From Eledone cirrhosa (Eukaryota): 64,000 bases of DNA. A program made the position numbers and the translations under genes. Positions 12,988-27,308 of this stretch are shown one piece after another (position 1 is the stretch's first letter; the number at the start of each line of letters is the position of its first letter). The DNA lies in contig OZ024740.1 of the NCBI GenBank assembly GCA_964016885.1, positions 295,678,001 to 295,742,000 on the forward strand. Direction: 5' to 3'. The notes beneath the pieces are model-generated. The model saw only the letters and a program-made list of their open reading frames with translations, made no database searches and was not told the origin of the DNA.

Positions 12988-13440
12988 ATATGAAAAAGTG
13001 AGTCCTTCATCAGTGACCCTCCAACCGTCCTCGGCATTTCATCGCTTTAAGGGCCATATGCCTCAGGTTGGTGCGAACAACGGCTAAAAAAAGTCGTTGG
13101 GACACGTAAATAAAGGGGGACGCTAGAGTAACAACAAAAAGGTTTAAGCAACGGAAAGTGAGTAGAAATAGACAAGTCCCAGATCTCTATGAATATAAAC
13201 TCTGTGAAATCGTGAACAAGAGACGAAAGACCATCAAACCTGGTTGAAATGTGAGCAAGGAAAGAATTTCGCCCAAGTTTGACGTTGCTTAAACCTTTTT
13301 GTTGTTACTCTAGCGTCCCCCTTTATTTACGTGTCCCAACGACTTTTTTTAGCCGTTGTTCGCACCAACCTGAGGCATATGGCCCTTAAAGCGATGAAAT
13401 GCCGAGGACGGTTGGAGGGTCACTGATGAAGGACTCACTT

Positions 13441-13448
<8 letters not shown>
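12988..13448. mobile_element. Fold-back element, 166-bp arms (12988-13153 / 13283-13448)
   Basis: Arms are reverse complements; right arm ends ctgatgaaggactcactttttc then (TA)n. Confidence 0.85.
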
Positions 13449-13505
<57 letters not shown>

Positions 13506-13751
13506 AAGAGTGAAAAATAACATGGTTGGCTGTACAAAAAGGGTTTTATTTACAGTATTAACAATTGTTTTATTGATTAGGTGAGTCTTAAGGCCGCTGA
13601 TCGCTCCAAATTGCGTCACTCGACCTTAAATACAATATGCGTCTCTGAGTCAAACAACGCCGTACGTTAAAACTATCCATCGTACAGAGTACTCACAACC
13701 TCTAACTGGATTACCTAAAACGATAACTTGTTATCCCATATATATATATAT

Positions 13752-13800
<49 letters not shown>

Positions 13801-13850
13801 AGTATGTATGTATACGTACATACATATATGTATACAGACGTACAGTAGCA

Positions 13851-13894
<44 letters not shown>

Positions 13895-14018
13895 CATGCA
13901 GGTACACATACATATATGCACGCATCAGTTTAGCAGACGCTTATTATAGCGCTTGCTTTGTTCGTTTGTCAACATATATATATACATTATATAGATGTAC
14001 ACACGCGCGCGCACACAC

Positions 14019-14049
<31 letters not shown>

Positions 14050-14318
14050 TGTATATATATAAATATGAAATGTACACTTGTCATAGCTTAATTGATGTAA
14101 GTTGCTGTTTTGTCTCAGTACCGTTGGTAGGGGTCGGAACTGCCAAAGTCCATCTCAACGGCCGATGACTATGGAGCTCTGTGTCTTTCGTTTGTATTTT
14201 TATTTTCAAAAATAATTTTTTAAGGTTTCCCCCTTTAAAAATTGTTTTTACGTTTTGCCTGGTTTCGTTCGTTGTCTTGCTCTCACTTTGTTTAAACATA
14301 CATACACGCACACACACA

Positions 14319-14409
<91 letters not shown>

Positions 14410-14492
14410 TCATAATTATAAGTTAGGCACATAAGACTTGATGCTTCTTTCAAATTCACAAACTTCTTATCGCATACACACACACACACATA

Positions 14493-14534
<42 letters not shown>

Positions 14535-15124
14535 GAGTAGATAGATAGATATTTGAATATGTAATTCTTATTCTCTCCGATATAATTCATCTACAGTTTT
14601 TCACTTTCTATTGATGATTTTAACTTTATATTTTTTTTTGTTGCACGTCTATCACTTCATTCTTTTTTCTAACTACAATATTTCAACAACAACAGCAGCA
14701 GCAACAACAACAACAACAACAACACACGCACACATATAGCTACAACTATTCATAAGCAGCATGCACGCACACATATATTCACACAAGTACACACGCGCGC
14801 GCACGACAGGTGTACCTATGAAAAAAAAAAGTCACGTACCAAACAGCGATGCCGAGATAGCTTACAGTACAGTTTGAGTGCGCTATGCAGCGTCTTACGA
14901 GGCGGTAGATCAATAGTTAAGTCCTGAGTAACAACACAAAGATCAAGAAGAACAAGAAGAGAAAAGAAAAAAAGCAAGAAAGAGGGAAAAATGACTGGGA
15001 TGGCGGTATATAATTTTCATTAACTCATTTGCTTCTTTCTCTTTCTCTTCCTCCAATTTACTCTATTATTATTAATTTTGTTGTTGTTGTTGTTGTTGTT
15101 GTTGTTATTGTTGTTGTTGTCAGT

Positions 15125-16095
15125 GGGGGGGTCGTCAGAATCGTAGAGCGTCGGAACAAGAAATTGCCTTGCAGTGTTTGTTCCGGCTCTTCATGTTCTG
15201 AGCTCAAATCCCACCGAGGTTAGCTTTGCCTTTCACCCTGACGTGGTCGATAAAATAAAGTATCTGTAACGCACTGGGATCGATTTAATCGACTTTCCCC
15301 TCCGCCAAATTGCTGGCCTTGTGCCTAAAGTAGAAACAATTATCATTATTATTGTCAGGTGGATTGGCAGTATCGGTAGAGGGTTGGACGCCATGTTTTT
15401 GACGTATAGAGTTACGGCCCTTGCCATTCTGAGTTCAAATCCCGCCGAGGTTAACTTTGCCTTTCATCCTTACGGGGTCGATAAAATAAAGTACCAGTAA
15501 TACACTGGGTATTGCTGGCCTTGTGCCAAAAGTAGAAACAATTATTATTGTCAGGTGGAGGGTGGTGGATTGGCAGTATCGGTTAAGCGCCGGACAACAT
15601 GCTTTGTAGCAGAGCGTTACGGCCCTTTACGTTCTGCGTGCAAATCCCGCCAAGATTAGCTTTGCCTTTCATCCTGACGTGGTCGATAAAATAAAGTACC
15701 AGATATGCACTGGGGTCGATTTAATCGACTTTCATCTTCCCCCCAAATTGTTGGCCTTGTGCGTAAATCAAAAATCAATACTATGTGTTTTTTTTTTGTA
15801 AGGCCATGTTGGGAGCGTCAGAATAGTAAGAACGTCGGAACAAGAAATTGACCCTGAAATATGCCAATTGTGCCTATGTTAGAACAATCTATTATATTAT
15901 TTATCCGGTGGATTGGCAGTATCGGTAGAGGGTCGGACGCCATGCTTTGACGCATAAAGTTACGGCCCTTGCCATTCTGAGTTCAAATCCCGCCGAGGTT
16001 AACTTTGCCTTTCATCCTTACGGGGTCGATAAAATAAAGTACCAGTAATGTACTGGGTAATTGCTGGCCTTGTGCCCCAAATAGAAGTAATTATT
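15125..16095 (+). mobile_element. Tandem cluster of SINE copies (about 15125-15345, 15356-15549, 15561-15780, remnant 15810-15895, 15907-16095)
   Basis: Same diagnostic SINE blocks repeated head-to-tail, each following the ATT-rich tail of the previous copy. Confidence 0.9.
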
Positions 16096-16694
16096 TATCT
16101 TGTGTATGTATGTGATGCAGTTAAATGTTTTGTTGAGTGGCAGTATGCTGAGTGAAGAAACACATAAAAGTTATAGAGACATGTCTATTTAGCGGAAAGA
16201 AATCACTATAAATATATATTAACAGGCAGATACATACACACAGAAGTATGTGATTTACTGAGATCTTCAATAGGTGTTAAAGCGGCGATGGTTACGTGTA
16301 AATATGTTGGTTAATAAATGTGACGATTGCGGTTTTGTTAACGAATGATACAACGGTGAAGGATATATATATATATATATATTGTTTTCTTGAACTAAAA
16401 ATCATTTTCTTTAAAATCATCTACCATAAAACACTTTAACTGATTGTCACCTCTGAGACAAGAAGTAACGTTAGCACCTTGAGCTTGTATTAAATTTATC
16501 TTTCGTTTTACCACAAAGTTCACTAGCATTGTAGTTTAGCTTATTCAATAGCAGGTAATAAAGCAAAGGGAGAAACATTTCATAAGTTAGGGATTTACTT
16601 ACCACAACCAATATCTAGCAATACAGAGATATATGTTGCATTTTGTTACGGCTCGAAAAATAAATGATATTTTTGCAGTTAGTAATAGTGGCAA

Positions 16695-17990
16695 AGATGG
16701 CGAATTGGCAACATCGTTAGAACATCACATAGACAGTTTTTCACTATTTGTTTCAGCTCTCTGCTCTCTGAGTTCAAATCTCGGTGAGGTCAACTTTGCT
16801 TTTCATCCATTCCAGGTTGTTAAAAATGTACCAGTCCAGTACTGGGGTCGATTCTTCCTCTATATCTCTTTCTCACACCCATTCTCTAACTCTCTATTTT
16901 GCTCAGGTTTAAAAAATGCCCAAGAAACGCCATCCCTACAACTCCCTCGTGGATACGGAACTATGCCTTGCCAGTATCAGACAAGAAAAAACTACCCCTA
17001 AAAGCGTTGTATGTAAGGAAGTGTATACATTTATGATAATTTTAATTAATGGTATTATGACTCTAATGAGACAATGATGTAACAATTATACTGATTTAAC
17101 AATATAATTGTTTCTACTTTAGGCACAAGGCCAGCAATTACCCAGTACATTACTGGTACTTTATTTTATCGACCCCGTAAGGGTGAAAGGCAAAGTCAAC
17201 TTCGGCGGGATTTGAACTCAGATCGTAAAGGGACGTAACTATGCTGGAAAGCATGGCGTCCGACCCTCTACCGATACTGCCAATCCACCGCCCTGATTTA
17301 ACAATATAATGATTGTAATGTTATTGTTAGATGCTGAGACATTTTCCTTCCCATCTCTTAACAAAAATTGCATGTGGTTCTACAACTGTGAAATTGCCAC
17401 GGTTCCAGATAGTTAACGATTATTATTATGATTATGAGGACTATTTAGGGTGGTGGATTGGCAGAATCGTTAGAGCGTCGGATACCCTGCTTCACGGTAT
17501 AGAGTTACGGCCCTTTACATTCTGAGTTCGAATCCCGCCGAGGTTAGCATTGCCTTTCATCCTTACGGGGTCGATAAAGTAAAGCACCAGTAATGCACTG
17601 GGGTCGATATAATCGACTGTCTCCTCCCCCAAATTGCTGGCCTTGTGCCTATAGTAGAAATCATTATGATTATGAAGACTATTTAGGGCGGTGAATTGGC
17701 AGAATCGTTAGAGCGTCGGACAAATGGTTAGCAGTATTTGTTTTAGCTGTTTACTTTGTAGGTTCAAATCCCACCAAGGTCAACTTTGTCTTTCACCTTT
17801 CCAGGGTTGATAAAATATAGTGCCAGTCAAGTACAGGGTAGTTTTAAACGACTTTCCTCTTCCCATTGCTGGCTTTGTGCCGAAAGTAAGCGTTGTTGTG
17901 ACGTTGAGTGGCAGAAACGGTAGAGCTTAGGAGAAAATGCTTTACAGTATTTAGTTACACTCTGAGTTACAATCCCTACTAAAGTGAGAC
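16695..17990. mobile_element. SINE cluster (16695-16852 +, 17105-17292 -, 17447-17668 +, 17686-17890 +, remnant 17900-17990 +)
   Basis: Same SINE blocks with varying decay. The 17105 copy is flanked by a direct repeat ctgatttaacaatataat (17091-17108 and 17293-17310), a likely target-site duplication. Confidence 0.85.
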
Positions 17991-18158
17991 ATTACTACAT
18001 TTCAACATTACTACATCTTAACATTACTACATCTTAACATTACTACATCTTAACATTACTACATCTTAACATTACTACATCTTAACATTATTACATCTTA
18101 ACATTACTACATCTTAACATTATTACATCTTAACATTACTACATCTTAACATTACTAC
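17989..18158. repeat. 16-bp minisatellite (acattactacatctta), about 10 copies
   Basis: Direct tandem periodicity. Confidence 0.95.
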
Positions 18159-18769
18159 ACCTGAGAATCAATTTAATTGATAGTATCTTCCTCTCTCAAA
18201 ATGTGTGGCCTTGACATACCAACAGAAGAAATCATTGTTGTATGTGGCGCGATGTAACAAGCAACATATAACTATACCAAAAGACAAGCTCTTGGTGAAC
18301 CAACTTGGGCACCTTATTTCGATTCCCTTTTGAAACCATTTCCCTTCACTTACTTTACTGTTATTATTAAGGTATAGTATGAACGCTCAGCAATATAATT
18401 TTGGTTTCTATTCATGTTGCGTTTTATACTTATGTAAGAACTCATTTTTATTGACAGCTTGTGAGGGTGGTAGACTAGCAGAATAGTTTACAAGTTGAAC
18501 AAAGAGTACATACATGCTATATGAGCCATATTTCAATTATATGGTTTTAATGTTTAAGATTGCCTTCTCCGATTTACATACCAGTAATCACATTTGGCAT
18601 TTCCCAGTGGTGTTCATCGGGTAAACTAAAAAGGAATAAAATGTAGTCGGTTCTTGGTCTCAGGTTCACTCCAAAAGTAATAGAAATATAGTAATATTTT
18701 GTTCCCTTTGTTTTTGATTATCAAAAACATGGTTTAATACAAACGCAATACGACACATTTTGAGGGAGT

Positions 18770-18960
18770 AATTTGTCGATTATATCGCTCCATTACTTCA
18801 ATGGTACTTGGCTGATATAAGGGACAAATTCCTTCTACAATGGTACTTATTTTATCGATTTCAGTAGGATCAAAGTCAAAGACGACTCTGGTGAGATTTG
18901 AACTCAAAAAGTTAATGCTGCAAAACACTGAGCCTGTCTCTCTACCTATTGCTGAGAATC
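18770..18960 (-). mobile_element. Old SINE copy
   Basis: tggtacttattttatcgatttcagtaggat...gagatttgaactca. Confidence 0.65.
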
Positions 18961-21907
18961 AACAGCTCTAAGGTTATCAATATCAAAAGTAATCGAAACA
19001 CCATTTAACATTACTTCAGGTCAATCTATATCTTGTGAGTGAAATTGAGTAGACAGAAACTGTTTGGAAGATCTGTAATTCATTGAACCAGCCTTGTTAT
19101 ACACTGTATGATGATGGTTCTCTCTAAATATTTGTCATGGATATACGTGTCTGTGGAATTCTCAGCCACCTGCTCGTTCATTTCAGGAACACGCTATTCC
19201 ATTGATCGAACAACTAGAACACTCATCATCGAAACTGATGGAGATCCATTCCATTCCAATCGAAAGAGTCGTGATGGCTGAAGCAGTGGAACATTCCCTA
19301 CCGTTATAAAAAGGACACACAAAATAATATAGTCTAGAGTACTTAACTGCTCTCAGTTCAACTAGCTTTGTAGTTGATTCATATTACCGACACTGGATAA
19401 ATGAAAGACAAAGTACAATCAATATACAATAATCTGTGCTAATTACAATTTGATTGACTTAACATGCCAAAAGATTGAGCCCGAGAGAATGAGAAACCCA
19501 CTACGTGGTCGCTAGATTTACTAGAAGCCTTTGCCAGATATCTATGAAATCACACACGACTGTCTTTTAGAAACAAAAGGGAAAGATATCAGACCTGTCA
19601 ACTTTCCCTGTCCGATGATGAGATCTCTCACCCATCCCAAAATGGCTGAGAGATGTCTTCTCTTGTAAAAACGGGTATAGCTTTCATTATGTAAAATCTC
19701 CCCATTTTGCCTCATTTCTCTCCGTTTTGTGACACTTTTTTTCATGGTACTCCCCATTAAGGTTTTTATCAGTTGGTCAGTCAGTGATATAATGGATAAA
19801 ATGTCTGAAATAAATTGTTTAAAAAGTTGAAATAGTCACGGATAGATTGTCTTGGTCATAAGGTCCGTTTACTTGGTGCTAAATACCTCACTATTACCAA
19901 CACAAACAACAAACATTAAGCTCAAGCTAACAAAAGAGCTTCTATGTAGTCTCTAAGAATTGGTAGCTAAATCACGTTCAAACAACTCGTTTCCTTCTTG
20001 AAAATGGACACATTTTATAATGTAGTTTGGGCTATTTCCCTTGAATTGAAACTATACTGTAATATTGCAGTCAAGGATTTTACCTTATCATATTGAACTT
20101 AGTACTTAAATTAATGTACATATATCGAGTGGCTACGTTACCGTTATGACCCATCGGTTTTAACCGGCGGCGTTGTCGCAGACACAAATACGCAACCACT
20201 GAAACGCACACACACACAAATGTGTGTGTGCGTGTGAGCGTGTGTGCTAATGTATCTGTGAGTGTGTGGGTATTTTTGTGTGGGTGGTCATGACGCTTTA
20301 ACCAGTGATTTGTATCTGTAAGAATCAAAGTAAACACTGCTTATCCTATCGTTATCTTATCGTTATTTTACGACTTGAATAATAACATTAACATTTTCGA
20401 ATAATATAATATATCTAAATAGTTTTATTTAGTTAAATATACAGAAAAAGAGAGCAATATTGGAAAGGACTATAAATGCCACAAATGGAAGGAAAAGGGG
20501 GGAAGAGTCAGGACTACTAGACAAAGGAAGAAAGAAAGGAGAGAAGGGGAGAGGGTGACAGTCTCTACACATAGAGCGGGCAAAATGGCAAAGGTATTAA
20601 TATTTATATTTTAAAATTCCCCTCAGTTTCGTTAACCTGAAACTGCTGTAAAAGTCACTTGCTCAAGGTGCCTCGCAGGGGATCGAACACAGAACCGTGT
20701 GGTATGACTATGACTGGAATGCATTTGGGCATAGGGCTGCCAGATCAGGATCTAATCGAAGCTAAACAAAAATAACATCAACAAAAACAAAATGACATTG
20801 AGCTTAGTTAAAAGAAATCGATATTTAACCTCTCTTCTCATTTTCACCGACATGGAATATATTATCTTTTAATGAAATCATATTTGATATTTATATGGAA
20901 TATTAACATTATCTTTTTAAAAATGTTTATTAAATTGCTGCTATTAATATTCAGATTTTAGGCGGGGGGTTGTTACTTTTCCGTGAAACATATATATCCT
21001 CCAGTGGTTTCAATTGGTCTACAGCATATGATAAAATTTAACAACACGAATGCCTCGGCAAGTAATGGCAAGTTTTAGGCTTAATTTCCGGTAAATCTCT
21101 AATAGAAGCATCGACTGTACTGTTGCTTGACTTGCTTATTCATGAAATATTGCAGATTTATTTTCACCTATTTCCAAAATGATGGTTTGTTCATACTGAG
21201 ACCAGCAATTGCTTATAGATTTCATTCAAGCTGAAATTACTCGTTTCCTGTATTTTATGACACTATCACAGCCAAGCCTTGGCTAATTAATTCATCATTA
21301 TTTTCGTAATCATGGGAAACTGTATATATTTGTTCTGGTCAGCTAGCATCAGACAGTCATTTAAGGTTTCCCATTTTAGCGATTTTATCGTTAATAATGT
21401 ATCTTTTCTCGAAATTTCCACGCCTTAATTATTCTTGCATTTAATTTTTATTTAACTTCCTTTCCTTTCTTTTTTCTTCTCTCCTTTGTTCATTGTTTTA
21501 TTATCACTATTTTAAAATGTATTCTATACAATATCTTGGTTAGCGATAAAGAGTCTGGAAATGGCTTTCATCTCAAAACCTAGTCATTTCCGACTACCTG
21601 AAGCATAAAATGTGTTTTAAAAGAATCAATAAAATAGAACATAATTCAAGATTTAATAAATAAACTATTTGAAGTGAAAATTTAATTTTGCGATCTAAAC
21701 CCAATGATTGCTTTCATTACTAAATTATTAAGTTCTTTTGCATTTTATACACACATTTGCAGTTTATATACAGCGTATATACGATGTTATTTACACTGTC
21801 TCTGAATTAGCAGGATTGTGTTTTGAACATATTTTTCTTCATTTCCTTTAATAGTATTGTTATTTAGTAAATGGGACAATCGATCACCATTGGGATTTAT
21901 ATTTACG

Positions 21908-22462
21908 CCGGTGGATTGGCAGTATCGCTAGAGCGTCGGACAACAAACATGCTTTGCGGCAAATAGTTACAGTTCTTTATGTTCTGAGTTCAAATCACGC
22001 CGAGGTTAGCTACTCTGTGTTTGAATTAGCACGTGCTCGAGCTCTGACATCTCAACTTCCATGCTTCGAGCGCCAATTTCGTCGTGAGTACCTCGGTTGC
22101 GATGTCTTCCATAGGGGCCTTTTCTTTAATAATAATAATAATAATGATGATTTCTTAATAATAATAATTGTTTCTACTTTAGACACAAGGCCAGCAATTA
22201 CCCAGTGTATTACTGGTACTTTATTTTATCGACCCCGTAAGGATGAAAGGCAAAGTCAAAATGATTTCTAGCATAGGCACAAGGCTAGGAATTTTTTTTT
22301 TGGGGGGGGGGGGGGGGTCGGTCGGTTAAATCGACCCCAGTACGTAAAGATGAAAGGTAAAGTTAACCTTGGTGGGATATGAACTCAGACCGAAAAGGAC
22401 CGTAACTCTATGCTGCAAAGCATGGTGACCGACACTCTACCGATACTGCTAATCCGCCGCCC
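21908..22462. mobile_element. SINE fragments (21908-22011 +, 22163-22260 -, 22263-22462 -)
   Basis: Diagnostic SINE head, core and tail blocks. Confidence 0.85.
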
Positions 22463-22631
22463 TTTTCTTAATAATAAAAATGAAACTCCAAAGATCGTTA
22501 ATATAAATGCAGCTGATCGATATATGAGTACAGAGAGCCGTTTAATAGCACCGTCAGTCATAAAAAATATCTGTATCTGTTTCACTCTCTGTCCCTCTCT
22601 CATTCTCTATATACAGGTATATATATATTTA

Positions 22632-22665
<34 letters not shown>

Positions 22666-22666
22666 C

Positions 22667-22700
<34 letters not shown>

Positions 22701-22701
22701 T

Positions 22702-22899
22702 GGAACGAGTAGTACCCCGACGGCTGAGCTCAAGCCGTTTCGAGGCTAATTCTGGACTAATTAGTCCAGAATTAGCCGTCGAAACGACTTGAGCTCAGCC
22801 GTTGGGGTCCTACTCGTTCCTATTACCCACTCTAATACCCCAAGTATTGAGTACTTTGGTGCGTTATGGTCCACCTGGTGCCTTACCACATTTCCTTCG

Positions 22900-22902
<3 letters not shown>
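22702..22902 (+). mobile_element. About 200-bp hairpin element, family A copy 1
   Basis: Palindrome 22702-22820 plus unique 3' tail ...ggtgcgttatggtccacctggtgccttaccacatttccttcgtta; (TA)n on both sides; three more copies in the window. Confidence 0.85.
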
Positions 22903-22996
<94 letters not shown>

Positions 22997-23182
22997 AATA
23001 AATATATATATATATATAAATAAATATATATATATATATAAATAAATATATATATATATATATATAAATAAATATATATATATATATAAGTAAATATATA
23101 TATATATAAATAAATATATATGTATATATAAATAAATATATATATATATAAATAAATATATATATATATATAAATATATAAT

Positions 23183-23689
23183 GTTAAATAAAAGTCAAAT
23201 GATTAAAATTTAGCTTCGTTTATTACTGCTATATATATTTCAGTAACAGCCATCTTTGGCTGTGACCTCTTCAGGCAGTTTGAATTAGTATGGTATAGAC
23301 AAGTACATATGTTGTTGAGGTGTATAATATTGTCAATACTCTGATATGCCCAGTTCCTGGTTGGGTTGTTATTTCACTGAGGAACTGTTCTTCAGTGAAA
23401 TAACAACCCAACCAGGAACTGGGCATATCAGAGTATTGACAATATTATACACCTCAACAACATATGTATTTGTCTATACCATACTAATTCAAACTGCCTG
23501 AAGAGGTCACAGCCAAAGATGGCTGTCACTGAAATATATATAGCAGTAATAAACGAAGCTATATTTTAATCATTTGACTTTTGATTTAACTTTATTTTAC
23601 ACTACTCCGGAGTAACCAAACCAACCTGCGCACTTCGTCGAGTGCTCCAGCCTGCATACTGAGGTGTTGGTATACAACCAACATAAATT

Positions 23690-23692
<3 letters not shown>
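23183..23692 (+). mobile_element. Fold-back element: 408-bp palindrome (23183-23590) plus about 100-bp unique 3' tail
   Basis: Arms nearly identical, centre at about 23386, embedded in a large (TA)n field. Confidence 0.9.
23493..23547 (+). ncRNA. Minimal type-I hammerhead ribozyme, canonical core
   Basis: actgc-CTGAAGA-ggtcacagcca aaga tggctgtcact-GAAA-tatata-TA-gcagt: perfect 5-bp stem I, long stem II, self-complementary stem III. Mirror copy on the - strand at about 23225-23279. Confidence 0.8.
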
Positions 23693-23753
<61 letters not shown>

Positions 23754-23808
23754 ATATATATATATATATACATATATACATATATATATTTATATATATA
23801 CATATATA

Positions 23809-23862
<54 letters not shown>

Positions 23863-24008
23863 TATATACATATATATATTTATATATATATATGTATATA
23901 TATACATATACATATATATATTTATATATATACATATATATATAATACATTTATATATGTACATATATATACATACATACACACACACACTCTCACACAC
24001 ACACACAC

Positions 24009-24092
<84 letters not shown>

Positions 24093-24169
24093 ACAAAGTG
24101 TAATTGATCAAATTTTAGTTTGTAATCATGTATACACATATTACTTGTATTCTAACACGCACGTAAATG

Positions 24170-24212
<43 letters not shown>

Positions 24213-24759
24213 CTAATAAAATGTACAGCTAAATATACAGCTAATAAAATGTACTTATGCATATAGAAAAACACACCGCCAAAAACACACTATCACACAC
24301 AGCCATCTAAATGCATATATCCACACATAGACGTGCGTACATTTCATTTATCGCTATAGTTTCGATCATATAACCTTGCTCCAATAATAATGCATAATAA
24401 ACAATTTTTGAAAGTTGCAGAGTCAGGAATCAATATATATGTACCTTTCCTAACCTCCAGCTTCATTTTCACTTTGTGTGAAGTATTAGTTATCTGCCAA
24501 TAATCAATAGGAAATAAGAAGAAAAAAAACAACTCTATATTTTTATCATATGTTGACGAACCATTCTTCATCTTCTTTCTTTCTTTCTTTCTTATTTAAA
24601 AATCATGTTTTTTTCTTTTATTTATTTAGTCTCGTGTGTGCATGTTTTCTTTTTTTTTAAATATCTTTGTGTCTTCATTTTTGATGATTCGGGAAAAAAG
24701 ATGGCTCAGCAAATATTATAAATAACAGAAAGTAAGACAGTCGTTCGATATTTAGTACA

Positions 24760-25129
<370 letters not shown>

Positions 25130-25130
<1 letters not shown>

Positions 25131-25236
25131 GAATTGTGGTAAGGAACCAGATGGACCATAACGCACCATAACGCACTCAATACTTAGGGTAGTAGAGTGG
25201 GAAATAGGAAAAAGTATGACCCCGACTTTTTCCTAT
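25130..25236 (-). mobile_element. Hairpin element family A copy 2 (hairpin interior deleted)
   Basis: ggaattgtggtaaggaaccagatggaccataacgcacc...taggaaaaagtatgaccccgactttttcctata. Confidence 0.85.
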
Positions 25237-25254
25237 ATATATATTTATATATAT

Positions 25255-26999
25255 AAGACAATGCTAAAACCATGGGTGAGATATTGCAGAAACAATACTG
25301 CTCTGTTTTCAGTAATCCTGACATGGCTGATCTGGGCTGTATCAGTGATGTTAATCCCCAACACACTATATCGGACATAGAGTTAGGCGCCCCTGATGTC
25401 TTAGCGGCAGGCAATAAAAGAAACTAAACACAATTCAGTAGTAGGCCCAGATAGGTCCCCTGCTTGTGTCCTGAAGTTATGTCGACACCAACTTGCATCT
25501 CCTCTTGCTAATCTGTGGAGGAACTCACAGAAAACTTACTATCCCAGTCTGCTGTCCCAGTTTTCAAAAAGAGAAACAAATCTCTTGTCGTGAATTACCG
25601 TCCGTTCTCACTCACCTCTCATATAATTAAGGTATTTGAGAGGGTGGTGAGATCACGAATAATTCACTTTCTTGAAAGCAACAATCTGTTGAACTCCAAC
25701 CAGCATGGGTTCCGTAATGGAAGGGATTGCCTGACGCAGCTACTGCATCACTTTGATGACATTTTGAGAACTTTGGGAGAGGGCTCAACACGGATGTCAT
25801 CTACCTTGATTTCAACAAGGCCTTTGACAGGGTTCATCACAACATTCTACTGAGAAAACTATCCAACATTGGTGTCATTGGAAAGTTGCTTTAGTGGATC
25901 AAGTGTTTCCTGTCAAACAGTGCCCAACATGTTGTGGTCGAAGGAGTAAAATCCAGCCCAGCCAAAGTCAGTAGTGGTGTCCTACAAGGCACTGTGTTGG
26001 GCCCACTTCTTTTCATTATCTATATTGATATTACTGACATCATCAAGCACAGCAGCATAAGAATCTTCACAGATGATTCCAAGCTCTAAAGGGTCATCAA
26101 TGGCGTGGGTGACCGGACCGGATATGCCTCCAATCAGATCTACTGGCTGTTATCCAATGGGCGGAAAAGAACAATATGCTGTTGAACGAGGAAAATTTGA
26201 GTTAATCCACTTTGGAAAAGAGGATGCCCTGAAACTACCATACTCTCTTCTTTCAGGTGAAATTCTCGTGGCATCCAACAACATCAGAGACATGGGAGTA
26301 AATTGTGGACAACAACATAAGCTGGGCCACTCATATAAACAGCAACGTAGACATAGCCCGCAGAATGTGTTCCTAGATTATCAGAACCTTCCAGTCGAGA
26401 GATATCCACACTATTATCCACCTCTTCTCTACTTTTGCCCGACCCCACCTTGAATACTGTTGTCCACTGTGGTCTCCCCACACGAAACAAAGTATTATGA
26501 AAATTGAAGCTCCTCAAAGGTCAATCACGAAAAAGATAGATGGCATGTCAAGCCTTGACTATTGGAGTCGATTAGAAAAACTTAAACTTTATTCTCTCCA
26601 AAGCCGCCGTGAGCGCTACCTTATCTGCATGATGTGGAAAATATTCCATCAGCATTGCCTAAATGATGTTGGCATCACCTTTAAACTACACCCAAGGCTT
26701 GGGCCCCGTGCTATCCGCTCACAACAAAATTCAAATTCGCATCTCATAACAAAAATACGGCACAATTATTTCACCTCAATTGGCTTCGCTCTCTTTAACA
26801 TTACACCAAAACACATTAAAACAGTCATGAAGTTCAAGAAGTCTTTGGACAAATTCCTTCAAGAAATCCTGGATAAACTTCCTATACCCGGATATGTCTC
26901 CGCAAACAATAACTACCTTCTTGTGTGCGCCATAGTGTCGAAATCCTGATTTGAAAGCTTACATGGCCTGGACCGATACTGGCCAAAACCCATTAAAGT

Positions 27000-27002
<3 letters not shown>
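25255..27002 (+). pseudogene. 5'-truncated CR1-group LINE ORF2 (RT plus C-terminus), frameshifted
   Basis: NYRPFSLTSHIIKVFERVV, NQHGFRNGRDCLTQLL, YLDFNKAFDRV, GVLQGTVLGPLLF, FTDDSK, RPHLEYCCPLWSP, KIEAPQR across frames; ends in (CA)n. Confidence 0.9.
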
Positions 27003-27085
<83 letters not shown>

Positions 27086-27171
27086 GTAATAATAATAAAT
27101 TTGAAGACTAAAATCCAAAGAGGGCTCGATAAGGATAAATATATATCAAATATATCAGAACCGTAGAGCAA

Positions 27172-27308
27172 ATATTTATTAAAATAACAGATTAAAGTTT
27201 AAGCAAAGAATCGCTGCTTTCACCCCTAACGGGATCTTCTGAGTTTAAGAAGATCCCGTTAGGGGTGAAAGCAGCGATTCTTTGCTTAAACTTTAATCTG
27301 TTATTTTA

